Assembly (NCBI GenBank): GCA_003641405.1 | Contig: QNAF01000002.1 | Location: forward strand, 1-35,109 | DNA length: 35,109 nucleotides | Direction of reading: 5' to 3' | DNA from: Candidatus Zixiibacteriota bacterium | GTDB lineage: Bacteria; Zixibacteria; MSB-5A5; GN15; FEB-12 | Shown: piece after piece, positions 16,584 to 25,717 of the stretch | Layout: each line of letters begins with the position of its first letter | Numbering within the stretch: position 1 is the stretch's first letter | The notes under the pieces: model-generated | Seen by the model: the letters and a program-made list of their open reading frames with translations, nothing else | Database searches by the model: none | What the model was told of the DNA's origin: nothing | Translations under genes and position numbers: made by a program

Positions 16584-17282
16584 TCAACTAGCCTTCGTAC
16601 TCTTCTTGATCTTTTCACTGAAGCCAATACGCGGGAACGGATTGACAATTGCGCTGGCGATGTTGGTCAGGTGGGAATTGGTTCGCTTGAGGAACCGTAA
16701 GTACAGTGCAATGCAGACACTGTCACCGGTTGAGAGTTTAGCATCCTTGCCCTTGACCATATCACTGATGATGCGATCAGCTTTCTTGCTGAGTTCGTCT
16801 TCCGCCCGCATGATCTTCCGAGCGAGCTTCTTATCCTGAGTTCTCAGAACCTCAATCGTAGATGTGAAATGCTCTTCGATTGTGGCCTCGATTTTCGAGA
16901 GTGCAGTCTCAGATCCGGCCGCCTTGAGTGCTTTCTTGTGATCTCTGGCCAGACCGGAGATATTCTTGGTGTAGTCCCCGATTCTTTCAACATCGATCAC
17001 AATTGAGACCAGCACCAGTCCGGGGACAAGGTTCCGGGTACCCGCGACTGTCAGGTGTGTCAGAACGTTGCGACGAACCTCACGCTCATACTTGTTGATT
17101 TTGCGATCGCTTTTCTTGAAATCGAATGGCAAAGTTGCCGTATCAAGCTCGCGGAGTACTTCACGCGCAGCTTTGTACATCTTGTAGTCAAACTCAAGCA
17201 TAGTCACGGTAGTCGTGTACGCTTTGTCGAGCAGACTCTCGGATGTGAACAATTCCTTGAACTTCGAAAACATACCGGTCAC
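16584..17282 (-). CDS. PhoU-like (PhoU/DUF47 superfamily) phosphate-transport regulator domain protein
   Basis: 232 aa all-helical protein with an ERIGDYTKNI-type motif. It overlaps the upstream Na/Pi cotransporter gene by 4 nt. E. coli YjbB carries these two modules fused. Confidence 0.7.
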   Translation of the reverse strand: MTGMFSKFKELFTSESLLDKAYTTTVTMLEFDYKMYKAAREVLRELDTATLPFDFKKSDRKINKYEREVRRNVLTHLTVAGTRNLVPGLVLVSIVIDVERIGDYTKNISGLARDHKKALKAAGSETALSKIEATIEEHFTSTIEVLRTQDKKLARKIMRAEDELSKKADRIISDMVKGKDAKLSTGDSVCIALYLRFLKRTNSHLTNIASAIVNPFPRIGFSEKIKKSTKAS

Positions 17283-18403
17283 CTCATCATTAAGAGTACC
17301 ATACCGGGTAACACAAAGAAAACAACTATTATGTACGCGATGGGGAGCAATCTCGATTTTTGGGTCATCTCGGCTAATCGTGTGGCCAAGCCTATCGGTA
17401 TGCGCTTGAGCGGCCAGAATACACCTATACCGTAGATGTTGAAAATGAGATGCGCAAAAGCAACTGAGACAGCCTGGGGTGAACCGGTGACAAACGAGGC
17501 CAGGAACGCTGTAATGGTTGTGCCGACGTTGGCTCCGAGCATGTAGGGGAAAACCTGGTTCAGTGTAATTACTCCGGCACCCAGCAGCGGAATAACGAGT
17601 GAGGTCGTAATAGATGACGACTGTACCAGCACCGTGAGTGAGACTCCCAGTACAAGACCCAGTGCAGCATTGCGGAAAACATAGCGTTGGAAGAAGATCT
17701 CCACCCTCGCAAGTACCATTGATTTCAGCACTTTGACGATATAGCGCAACGCAACAAAGAGCAGCACCATAGCCAACAGCGCCGCGAGCCAGGCTGAATC
17801 GCCAGTATAGTGAATGATCTCACTGGCTACCGGCTTGGTCATTGCCCCTAAAGGGGAACTGAACTTGAGACCGCCAAACCCCTCAAACATTTCACCCAGG
17901 ACAAGGGCTGACTTGCCAATTATATTGAAATGCCACTGCAACGGCAGAAGTACGGCTACTGCACACAGATTGAAAAAGTCGTGTACAACCGAACCGGCAA
18001 AAGCCCTTTTGAACTCTTCACCGCGCGATATGTGAGCCAGTGAGACAACCGTGTTGGTAACTGAAGTGCCAACATTGGCACCCATCACCATCGGCACCGC
18101 GCTTTCGAAGGTCAACAATCCTGTGCCAACCAGCCCCACGATGATAGTTGTGGTAGTTGACGAAGACTGGATAATCGCCGTGGCGAGGATACCAATGGCT
18201 AACCCTACAAGCGGGTTGGTTGTGGCACCAAAAATCGCCTCGGCTGTTTCTTTACCGGCAAGCTTGAATGCGGCTCCAAGGAGCGTTATTGACAGTATGA
18301 AGAGATACAGCAACCCGATGATTGACAGAAGTTTGAGGACAATCTCCACCCACGATGCACGGGATGCGAGACTGCCTATGTTACCGTGCGGAGATGTACT
18401 CAT
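17279..18403 (-). CDS. Na+/phosphate cotransporter (NptA / type II Na-Pi family)
   Basis: Duplicated QSSS(T/I)TT signature (AIIQSSSTTTTIIVGLVG and VLVQSSSITTSLVIPLLG) plus GANVGTS/GANVGTT motifs, in a polytopic membrane protein. Confidence 0.88.
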   Translation of the reverse strand: MSTSPHGNIGSLASRASWVEIVLKLLSIIGLLYLFILSITLLGAAFKLAGKETAEAIFGATTNPLVGLAIGILATAIIQSSSTTTTIIVGLVGTGLLTFESAVPMVMGANVGTSVTNTVVSLAHISRGEEFKRAFAGSVVHDFFNLCAVAVLLPLQWHFNIIGKSALVLGEMFEGFGGLKFSSPLGAMTKPVASEIIHYTGDSAWLAALLAMVLLFVALRYIVKVLKSMVLARVEIFFQRYVFRNAALGLVLGVSLTVLVQSSSITTSLVIPLLGAGVITLNQVFPYMLGANVGTTITAFLASFVTGSPQAVSVAFAHLIFNIYGIGVFWPLKRIPIGLATRLAEMTQKSRLLPIAYIIVVFFVLPGMVLLMMR

Positions 18404-18445
18404 TCTGCGTTTGACATGGTGTATTACCTAATCACATCCTTGCGA

Positions 18446-18478
18446 TTAACGTGGAATTAACATGGAACTAACATGGCC
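18446..18478. promoter_or_regulatory. Three tandem 11-bp direct repeats, Pho-box-like (OmpR/PhoB-family response-regulator site) upstream of the Na/Pi-PhoU operon
   Basis: TTAACGTGGAA / TTAACATGGAA / CTAACATGGCC lie at 18446-18478, 43-75 nt upstream of the start at 18403. The hexamers match the B. subtilis PhoP-type TT(A/T/C)ACA consensus with 5-nt spacers. A possible minus-strand -10 TAATAC is at 18426-18421, with the repeats covering the -35 position. Confidence 0.5.
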
Positions 18479-18557
18479 GTCAAGCGCAAAAGTGCCCCAC
18501 AGAACCCCTTGTCCCGCAGCACCTTGAGGGCCGCGCCCGGACTCGCTGTCAGTCGTC

Positions 18558-21317
18558 TCAGTTTTTCTTACCGGCCGATGTCACTACCCAGGTTTCGGGA
18601 CGGAAATGCCTGGAAGCTTCCCGCCGTACTGACTGAACATCCACTTTGGAAAGGCGTTTCAGGAGCAGGTTGTCGTAGTCCACTCCGCGCCCGTAGAACT
18701 CATCAACTCCCATATAGAAGGCCTGGTTGATACAAGATAATTTGGCACGCATCAGGGCTCCCCAAAGTTGATTTCTGGCTATTGAAATCTCCTGATCGGT
18801 GGGACCGTCGAAAGCAAGCTTTTCTGTCTGAAGGGTAAGTCCATCAAGTGCGCGCTGGAAATTCTCTGAAGCCGTGCTGATGACAAGATAGTACCAGCCA
18901 AAGTCGCGATCAAACCTTCTTCCAACTCCGGTGGAGTAGGCCAGACCCTGTTTTTCTCTGAGACTAAGGTAAAGGCGGGAGGAAAGAATGGACGTTGCGA
19001 TCGACAGGTCAACGGCTTCGCCACTATTCGCTCCGGGGAGGCGTCCACCCGCATAGATGCTCACCTGTTGCTTGTCAAGTTCTCGGTGAGCCTCTGTTAA
19101 GGATGGAGCAGCGATTGGAAGTGGAACTTCGGAAACAGCAGTTCCCACTTTCGGCATGTCTGCGAAATGCTCTTGCACCCAGGACATGATTTCAGCAGTA
19201 TCTCTTCCACCTGCAATTGTGAGGATCATGTTCTCAGGGGCATAGAAACTGCGATGATACTCTCGGAGGTCATCAACGGTGATCGCGGAGATTGTCATAG
19301 CCGCTCCGGTAATCGGCCTGGCAAACGGGTGATCCCCAAACAGTGTTTCATAGTACAGGCTCCGAGCCACTTTGCTGGGCGAGCCGGTGGCCCGGCCAAC
19401 AACGCCAAGCATCTGCCGGCGGATACTCTCAACCTCACCGGAATCGAATGCCGGATTAAGGATCAGGTCAGCCAGCAGCGCAAAACCATCTTCGGCAAAC
19501 TCGTTTATCGTCTCGAACTTGACGAACGAATACCGACGCGTTGTGTAACGATCGTCATACGGTATCCACGGGTTGTCACTGACGGTCAGGTTAGCGCCGA
19601 TTTTCCGCAGTGCTCCGGCCAATTGGGCGGCATCGTGACTGAGAGTGCCTGTTTCCAGGCAGCGGTTGACAAAATCAGTGATTCCGGATTTACCCTCCGG
19701 CTCGTTGGCCATCCTGTTCTTTCCAAGGATGTTAACTGCAAAGACCTTGCTGTCCGGGCTGGATTTGACGATGACCGTCAATCCGTTATCGAGGACTTCA
19801 CGATGGTACGTGGCGGGATCAGTGAGTTCCAAGCTCACGGAGTCAACATCGGGGAACTCAATTGGATTCTCCGCCAGCGTATATTCAGGGAAACTCACCG
19901 AGTCAAAATGGGCGATCACTTCCTCGGAGGTCATGCTACCCGGCTCGTAGGGCGTCTCGTCATCAGTTGCAGGTCGAATTACGGTCACAACATAGGCTGG
20001 GTCTTTCAACCAGTGTTCGGCGGCGGCCTGGCACTGATTCCATCGGACCGAGTCAAGTAGGTCGGGATATTGCTGGATATACTCCCAGCCGGCACTCATC
20101 ATCATTGGTGAGATGATGAAGCTGTAGTAGTGTAGTTTCTCGGCAGCGTAGATAGCGTTGCAACGATTGCTTGTCCTGATTCCATCGAGCAATTCCGGGT
20201 CCGCCTGATGCTGGCTCAGGTTTGCCAACTCGGTGAGCACGACCTGGATGACCGTGTCGGCATGGTCCGGGTTGTCAATCTCTGCCGAGATATTGAGACG
20301 GGAGAACTCTTCCCGCGTTTCCAGCCAGAGACTTACATTCGATGCCAGCGGAGCCTCTTCGGATTGCAGGGATAACAGCAGTGGTGAAGTTTCATCGAGA
20401 GACAGGTAGGAGATCAGCAGGTTAAACGGCAAATAATCAGTTCTCGATACCTGGGGTGCTTCAATCGAAAAGTTGATTCTGGTTGAAGTGACGGATGCCA
20501 CGGTGTCGAAGCGCTGCTGCCCGATCAGATGTTCCCGGCGCTGTATGTCCAGAGCCGTACGCTCGTGAATCCCTGACGCGGCCTCGTCTTCATCGGTTGA
20601 AGCGGACTTGAAGCCGCCAAAAACGGCCTCAACAGTAGCTTTCATTGCTTCCGTCTCGAAATCTCCAATAAGCAGCATTACCATGTTGTCAGGCGTGTAG
20701 TACTTCTTGTAGTATGCTATTATTGCTTCACGGGGAATGTTTTCGATGAATTCACGGTATCCGAGCGTGGAAAGCTCGTAGCCGGTGCCGGCGTAGGCCT
20801 TTTGTGTGAAAAAGGTCTCGGCGGAATATCCTGGCGCGTCTAACGAGCCATTGATTTCTTCAATAACGACTTTGCGCTCTTTTTCCAGCTCTTCCTCCGG
20901 AAACACGGAGTTAAACAGCATGTCCGCCTGTACGGTCATCCCGTAGTCGATATACTGTTTGGGAACCAGAACAAAGAAGCAAGTCAGGTCTTCACGCGTG
21001 AACGCATTGATGTACCCGCCCAAATCACGGACAGAGCGATCCAACTCTTCGCGCGACAGATTGGCGGTTCCATCAAACAGGAGATGTTCCAGAAAGTGCG
21101 TAATGCCATTCTCGTAGCGTGTTTCGTACTTGCTGCCGGATTTGACGAATACAACGGCGGCAACCATCGGTGAGCCGTGTTTCTCTTCGTAGATTACCTG
21201 TAGCCCATTATCGAGTTGATGAGTGGATGCTTTGGTCTCAATTGCAAAGGCTGCAGTGAGAAACAGCCCGATCAAAAGGGTTATTAAAGCCATATGGAAT
21301 CTGTTGGTTGTGAGCAC
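18558..21317 (-). CDS. Secreted M16-family (pitrilysin/insulinase-like) zinc peptidase, tandem double unit
   Basis: 919 aa with a signal-like N-terminus (MALITLLIGLFLTAAFA). The HxxEH zinc motif HFLEHLLFDG sits in the first unit. The second M16-like half lacks an obvious HxxEH. The GTG start at 21317 has AGGAGA 8 nt upstream. Confidence 0.88.
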   Translation of the reverse strand: MLTTNRFHMALITLLIGLFLTAAFAIETKASTHQLDNGLQVIYEEKHGSPMVAAVVFVKSGSKYETRYENGITHFLEHLLFDGTANLSREELDRSVRDLGGYINAFTREDLTCFFVLVPKQYIDYGMTVQADMLFNSVFPEEELEKERKVVIEEINGSLDAPGYSAETFFTQKAYAGTGYELSTLGYREFIENIPREAIIAYYKKYYTPDNMVMLLIGDFETEAMKATVEAVFGGFKSASTDEDEAASGIHERTALDIQRREHLIGQQRFDTVASVTSTRINFSIEAPQVSRTDYLPFNLLISYLSLDETSPLLLSLQSEEAPLASNVSLWLETREEFSRLNISAEIDNPDHADTVIQVVLTELANLSQHQADPELLDGIRTSNRCNAIYAAEKLHYYSFIISPMMMSAGWEYIQQYPDLLDSVRWNQCQAAAEHWLKDPAYVVTVIRPATDDETPYEPGSMTSEEVIAHFDSVSFPEYTLAENPIEFPDVDSVSLELTDPATYHREVLDNGLTVIVKSSPDSKVFAVNILGKNRMANEPEGKSGITDFVNRCLETGTLSHDAAQLAGALRKIGANLTVSDNPWIPYDDRYTTRRYSFVKFETINEFAEDGFALLADLILNPAFDSGEVESIRRQMLGVVGRATGSPSKVARSLYYETLFGDHPFARPITGAAMTISAITVDDLREYHRSFYAPENMILTIAGGRDTAEIMSWVQEHFADMPKVGTAVSEVPLPIAAPSLTEAHRELDKQQVSIYAGGRLPGANSGEAVDLSIATSILSSRLYLSLREKQGLAYSTGVGRRFDRDFGWYYLVISTASENFQRALDGLTLQTEKLAFDGPTDQEISIARNQLWGALMRAKLSCINQAFYMGVDEFYGRGVDYDNLLLKRLSKVDVQSVRREASRHFRPETWVVTSAGKKN

Positions 21318-21433
21318 GACTACGGTCTCCTGAAATAATGGTCAGAAACTGGACAGGGATTATATCCCTATCATTCTCAAGCGGTTAAGCTATGTTTACT
21401 GGATACCGATGTCAAGTCTGGGAGCAATTTGGA

Positions 21434-21461
21434 TTGACTAATCACTTTTTGCGAATATATT
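21434..21461 (+). promoter_or_regulatory. Candidate sigma70 promoter (-35 TTGACT, 16-bp spacer, -10 TATATT)
   Basis: TTGACT is at 21434-21439 and TATATT at 21456-21461. The predicted transcription start falls only a few nt before the ATG at 21475. Confidence 0.4.
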
Positions 21462-21474
21462 GCCCTGACTTGAT

Positions 21475-21918
21475 ATGTTTAGACGAATTATACGACACCT
21501 AATAAGCTGCTGTCGACTGGCAGTGATCATCCTAGCTGTTGTGGCGCTTGGTTTCTCCGGTGCCGGCGCGGCTGCACGCCTTTTTGTCGAAGAGAGCGCG
21601 GTTGATACAGCTCTTGAGTTGCCGGAGCATCAATGTATGTTGCTCCCAACTCCTGGTTCAGACGAGCCCGCGGACGGCATGGACACCGAAGGTCGCCCCT
21701 GGACGGAGCAACCTGCACGCCTGCTGTCAATGGCCGTGCATCCGGGCAGCGACGATAATCACCGCCTTCTGAGACATGAATTTCGTGCTCAAGTCAAACT
21801 CTCAAGCCCTGAGACAACTTCTCTGCTCAGGGGTCTGCCAACGACGCCTAACATGGTAGCTTCAGAATTGGGTCGCCAGTTCACCCTGGTTGGCGCCAAG
21901 CCGTCAGGTACAAGTTAG
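21475..21918 (+). CDS. Hypothetical small membrane-anchored or secreted protein (147 aa); possibly leaderless
   Basis: It is the only long ORF in the 740-bp gap between the M16 peptidase gene and secD. It has a hydrophobic N-terminus (CRLAVIILAVVALGFSGAGAAA), no SD and no family recognised. It may not be a real gene. Confidence 0.35.
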   Translation: MFRRIIRHLISCCRLAVIILAVVALGFSGAGAAARLFVEESAVDTALELPEHQCMLLPTPGSDEPADGMDTEGRPWTEQPARLLSMAVHPGSDDNHRLLRHEFRAQVKLSSPETTSLLRGLPTTPNMVASELGRQFTLVGAKPSGTS

Positions 21919-22057
21919 AGCAAATCCCTTCCTCCCGTCCCAGACAGTCGGCCATTTTCTTAGATGAGAAACCAGGCGACGGGGCGGCGAGACTCTATCA
22001 TTCTAAGAATAATAAGTAATTGGTTTAGTTTTTTTCCGTTTGGAAAGGAGATAAAAT

Positions 22058-23797
22058 ATGATTGGTCAGAGATGGCGCCTGATACTCACCTTGACGCTCA
22101 TAGTCCTGGGATGTTTCGCTTTCTGGAACACCTACAAGCTGTGGACTATGTCCGATGAGGACCAACAGGCTCTTCAGAACGAAGACCCCGGAGCGCTATT
22201 AGCTCTCCAACAAAAGGCAATTCGCCTGGGTTTGGATTTACAGGGCGGTGTGCATGCGGTACTGCAGGTCAAGCTTGCCGAGATGGATGAAGCCGCCAGG
22301 GATGGAGCAGTCGAACGCGCTATGCAGGTTATCCGCACTCGTATTGACGGGCTGGGCGTTGCCGAACCGACCATCCAAAAACAGGGCAGCAACAGGATTA
22401 TCGTTGACCTGCCAGGCTACACTGATGCTGAACGAGCCGAAGACCTGATCGGCCAGACAGCATTGCTGGAGTTCAAACTGCTTGAGAATTACGACAACAC
22501 CAGTCTGCTGCTGCAGAAAATGGATTCGGTTATTTACGAGATGGAAGTGGCCGTGATCGGTGAAGAGGTAATAGAAGAGGAGTCTCCCGAATTTGCAGAG
22601 GAAATAGAGGCCGAGGCTGAGGCCGCTCTGGATACGGAAACTGAGGAATCTGCTGATGTGCTCGCTGAGATGATGGGAGACAGCCTGGCTGATACACTTG
22701 ACTTTGGCTTCGACGAAGACCTCGGCGTAGAGGACGATACTCAACCGTTTACGTCCAGAATGGAAAGCTCACTTTACAATAACACTACAAACACGAGTTG
22801 GCCCGGCTTCGTTGTGAACAAGAATGACCGGCTCAAGTTCGAGCGTTGGCTGGCGTCACCGGAGGTTCAGCGTGTGATCCCGGTGGATGTACAGTGGGCA
22901 TGGTCGACCAGAACTATGATCCGGGACAGCCGCGAAGTTTGGGAACTGTTCTTGCTGAAACGCAAGGTGCAGTTTGTGGGCAAGTTCCTTCAGTCGATTT
23001 CATTGGGTCAAGGCCAGTATGGTGGTTACAAAGTGGATTTCCGCATTGCATCTGAAGGTGTAGCGCGATTTGCACAACTGACCGGTGCCAATATCAACAA
23101 ACCTTTGGCGTCGGTGATCGACGGTCGCGTGGAATCGGCGGCGTTTATCAACTCCAAGATCAGGGGTTCGGGAACGATTACGATGGGGTCTTCATCAACC
23201 GTTGAAGAGGCCCGCAATCTTGAGATTGTACTCGAAGCCGGTGCCCTTCCTGCTCCCGTTGAGATAATAGAGAAGAATGTGGTGGGTGCCTCTTTGGGCG
23301 CGGACTCTATCAGCAAGGGCTTCACGGCTTCGCTGATCGGGCTGGCGCTGGTGCTCCTGTATATCGGTGTTTACTATCGGCTCTCCGGCGTGATTGCCGA
23401 TATCGGTTTGATATTCAATATCTTCTTCCTGCTGGCAGTGATGGCCGGTCTTGGCGCTACTCTGACGATGCCGGGAATTGCAGGTATCATTCTGACAATT
23501 GGTATATCCGTAGATGCCAACATCCTGATATTCGAGCGTATTCGTGAGGAAATGCGAACCGGCAAAACGGTGCGGGCGTCGATCGACGCCGGTTACCAGC
23601 GGGCGTTCGTAGCTATTTTTGACTCGCACGTTACTACCCTGATCACGGCTGGTGCTCTGTTCATTTTTGGCTCCGGGCCGATTAGAGGGTTTGCCGTAAC
23701 GTTGTTCTGGGGTGTGACGATCTCGTTGTACACCGCATACGTTATCACGAAAGCGATCTTTGATATCCGTAAAGGGTATCGGACGTTGAGCATATAG
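22058..23797 (+). CDS. secD: Protein translocase subunit SecD
   Basis: N-terminal TM, a large periplasmic domain, and the C-terminal 5-TM block LYIGVYYR...ILTIGISVDANILIFERIREE...FDSHVTTLITA. GGAAAGGAG SD upstream. Confidence 0.93.
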   Translation: MIGQRWRLILTLTLIVLGCFAFWNTYKLWTMSDEDQQALQNEDPGALLALQQKAIRLGLDLQGGVHAVLQVKLAEMDEAARDGAVERAMQVIRTRIDGLGVAEPTIQKQGSNRIIVDLPGYTDAERAEDLIGQTALLEFKLLENYDNTSLLLQKMDSVIYEMEVAVIGEEVIEEESPEFAEEIEAEAEAALDTETEESADVLAEMMGDSLADTLDFGFDEDLGVEDDTQPFTSRMESSLYNNTTNTSWPGFVVNKNDRLKFERWLASPEVQRVIPVDVQWAWSTRTMIRDSREVWELFLLKRKVQFVGKFLQSISLGQGQYGGYKVDFRIASEGVARFAQLTGANINKPLASVIDGRVESAAFINSKIRGSGTITMGSSSTVEEARNLEIVLEAGALPAPVEIIEKNVVGASLGADSISKGFTASLIGLALVLLYIGVYYRLSGVIADIGLIFNIFFLLAVMAGLGATLTMPGIAGIILTIGISVDANILIFERIREEMRTGKTVRASIDAGYQRAFVAIFDSHVTTLITAGALFIFGSGPIRGFAVTLFWGVTISLYTAYVITKAIFDIRKGYRTLSI

Positions 23798-23812
23798 AAA
23801 GTCGAGGAAATA

Positions 23813-24739
23813 ATGTTCAGAATAATACCTGATACCAATATCAACTTCATTGGGGCCAGAAAGGTGGCCTTTGGATTCTCGCTGCTGCTTGTCGCCATGG
23901 GTATCTTCGCTGCCGTTATGGTAGGTACCGGTAAGGCCAATATGGGTATCGATTTCGCAGGCGGGGTAATGCTCCAGGGTCATTTCGAGCAGCCGGTAGG
24001 AATAGACGAATTGCGCGGTGCCCTGTCCGGGACATACGAAGATGTTATGGTCACCGAGCTGGCGGATTTCGAATTCCCGAACGCTTTTATCATTAAGACC
24101 AAACATCCCGAGACTGAAGGCGAAGGCAAAGAGCGGGCGACGACTATCAAAGGCATACTCGCGGAGCAATTCGAGAACAATGCTTATGAGATAGATTCCG
24201 AGCACATTATCGGTCCGGCAGTAGGCGAGAGCCTTCGCGCTGACGCTACCAAGGCAATTCTTATATCTCTGCTAGGCATTATCGTCTACATCTGGATACG
24301 CTTTGATTTCCGGTCCGGTGTAGCTGCTACGGTTGCTACTTTCCACGACGTGATGGCAGTGTTGGGCTTATCGTACCTGCTTAACCTGGAGTTCGATCTG
24401 TTGATTGTGACAGCGCTCCTGACTCTGGGAGGATACTCTCTGACCGACACCGTTGTGGTCTTTGACCGAATCCGCGAGAATCTCAAGAAATTCCGTGGGC
24501 GAGGCGAGTTTGTGGGAGCAATCAACCTGTCAATCAACGAGGTACTCTCACGGACGTTCAATACATCTTTCACAGTGTTGCTCGTCGTGGGCGCCTTGCT
24601 GTTTGTAGGCGGTGAGGTTCTCAAGAACTTCTCGATTGCGCTGATTCTCGGTGTGATGGTTGGAACCTACAGCTCCATCTTCGTGGCCAGCCCCATTGTG
24701 GTGGAGTGGGAAGCCAGAAGACCGAAACGCTTCAAGTAG
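23813..24739 (+). CDS. secF: Protein translocase subunit SecF
   Basis: Contains INFIGARKVAFGFSLLLV, GIDFAGG and YSLTDTVVVFDRIRENL. It lies immediately downstream of secD. Confidence 0.93.
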   Translation: MFRIIPDTNINFIGARKVAFGFSLLLVAMGIFAAVMVGTGKANMGIDFAGGVMLQGHFEQPVGIDELRGALSGTYEDVMVTELADFEFPNAFIIKTKHPETEGEGKERATTIKGILAEQFENNAYEIDSEHIIGPAVGESLRADATKAILISLLGIIVYIWIRFDFRSGVAATVATFHDVMAVLGLSYLLNLEFDLLIVTALLTLGGYSLTDTVVVFDRIRENLKKFRGRGEFVGAINLSINEVLSRTFNTSFTVLLVVGALLFVGGEVLKNFSIALILGVMVGTYSSIFVASPIVVEWEARRPKRFK

Positions 24740-24762
24740 GCTATTCAAGCTCTTTTGCTTAC

Positions 24763-24797
24763 AAGGCTGCCGGCTGATCCCCGGCAGCCTTTGTTTT
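24763..24797 (+). terminator. Rho-independent terminator after secF
   Basis: A perfect 11-bp stem AAGGCTGCCGG (24763-24773) pairs with CCGGCAGCCTT (24781-24791) around a 7-nt loop, followed by TGTTTTG. Confidence 0.85.
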
Positions 24798-24872
24798 GTG
24801 CCAGCCATAGATGAGGAGTAAACTCGTGCGAATTTTTCAACCCATGCGGAAGATTTTCTGTATATTAAGTAG

Positions 24873-25598
24873 ATGAGTACAAATGCCTTCAAGTTCGTGC
24901 CTTTGGCGCTACTCGCCGCCATTATGCTATCGCTGATCGTTTCGGCCCAGTCGCGGCAATCGACAGCGCTCGACTACCAGCGGAGCAAATATAACCCTGA
25001 TCCGTCGGCTATTAAGGTTGCCCGACTGCACTACTCCGGTGGTGGAGACTGGTACTGGGGTTCGTCGGCCGTTCCGAATTTCCTCAAGTTCGTCAGGGAT
25101 AACACCACCATGCCGGTTGATACCATTGAGCGACAGGTCAAGATCATGGACGCGGACCTGTTCCAGTATCCGTTCCTGTTTGCCACCGGACACGGCGTAA
25201 TCAGCTTTGAGACGGAGGAAAAGGAGCGCCTGCGGACGTACCTGCTGGGCGGCGGATTCTTGTTTGTGAACGACTCCTACGGAATGGACAGGATATTTCG
25301 GGAGGAGATGGCGGGACTATTCCCTGAAAGGGAAATAGTGGAACTGCCGTTTGATCACCTGATCTACCACAGTTTCTACGATTTCCCCAATGGCCCACCG
25401 AAGATTCACGAGCACGATGAGCTGCCACCGAGGGGATATGCCATTATTGTCAATGGCCGAGTCGTATTGTATTTCCTGGTGGAATCGGATATCGGGGACG
25501 GCTGGGAAGATGAACATGTACACAACGACCCGCCGGAGAAGCGCCTTGAGGCGTTTCGGATGGGTCTGAACATACTTACCTACGCTTTGTTGTACTGA
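24873..25598 (+). CDS. Secreted DUF4159-domain protein
   Basis: Signal peptide MSTNAFKFVPLALLAAIMLSLIVSAQS. The blocks ARLHYSGGGDWYW, FLFATGHG, GGGFLFVNDSYGMD, PKIHEHDELPP and GWEDEHVHNDP match my recollection of stand-alone DUF4159 proteins. Confidence 0.8.
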   Translation: MSTNAFKFVPLALLAAIMLSLIVSAQSRQSTALDYQRSKYNPDPSAIKVARLHYSGGGDWYWGSSAVPNFLKFVRDNTTMPVDTIERQVKIMDADLFQYPFLFATGHGVISFETEEKERLRTYLLGGGFLFVNDSYGMDRIFREEMAGLFPEREIVELPFDHLIYHSFYDFPNGPPKIHEHDELPPRGYAIIVNGRVVLYFLVESDIGDGWEDEHVHNDPPEKRLEAFRMGLNILTYALLY

Positions 25599-25717
25599 GT
25601 AATAAGGATACTGCCCCGAACCCTTCTGAACAGGTTGCTTTCATCGGCGTCTTACCCAGGGATGCCGATACAAATAGATAACTCGGACGACCAGAAACAG
25701 ACGACCCGAAGGACCAG

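Noticed and set aside
18446-18478. Possibility that the short tandem repeats or the 16331-16556 hairpins are a degenerate CRISPR array
   Set aside because: The repeats are 11 bp and contiguous with no spacers. The hairpin elements are inverted rather than direct and number only two copies each. No cas genes are present.
18480-18557. Possible intrinsic terminator after the M16 peptidase gene (GTGC...GCAC followed by TTTT on the minus strand)
   Set aside because: Only about 5 bp can pair around a loop of roughly 21 nt, which is too weak to call.
19167-20060. 297-aa plus-strand ORF inside the M16 peptidase gene
   Set aside because: It is antisense to a gene with a clear HxxEH peptidase signature. 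Its sequence is Arg/Gly/Ser-rich with no motifs, so it is most likely a frame artefact.
23195-24205. 336-aa minus-strand ORF spanning the secD/secF junction
   Set aside because: It is antisense to two unambiguous Sec genes and crosses their intergenic spacer. Its composition is unlike a real protein (many H/R/Q runs).
24811-24876. 21-codon upstream ORF (MRSKLVRIFQPMRKIFCILSR) whose TGA overlaps the DUF4159 ATG (ATGA)
   Set aside because: It has no SD and no conservation evidence, and it lies right after the secF terminator. A TATATT hexamer inside it (24861-24866) suggests the DUF4159 transcript may start downstream of most of it. It is probably coincidental.
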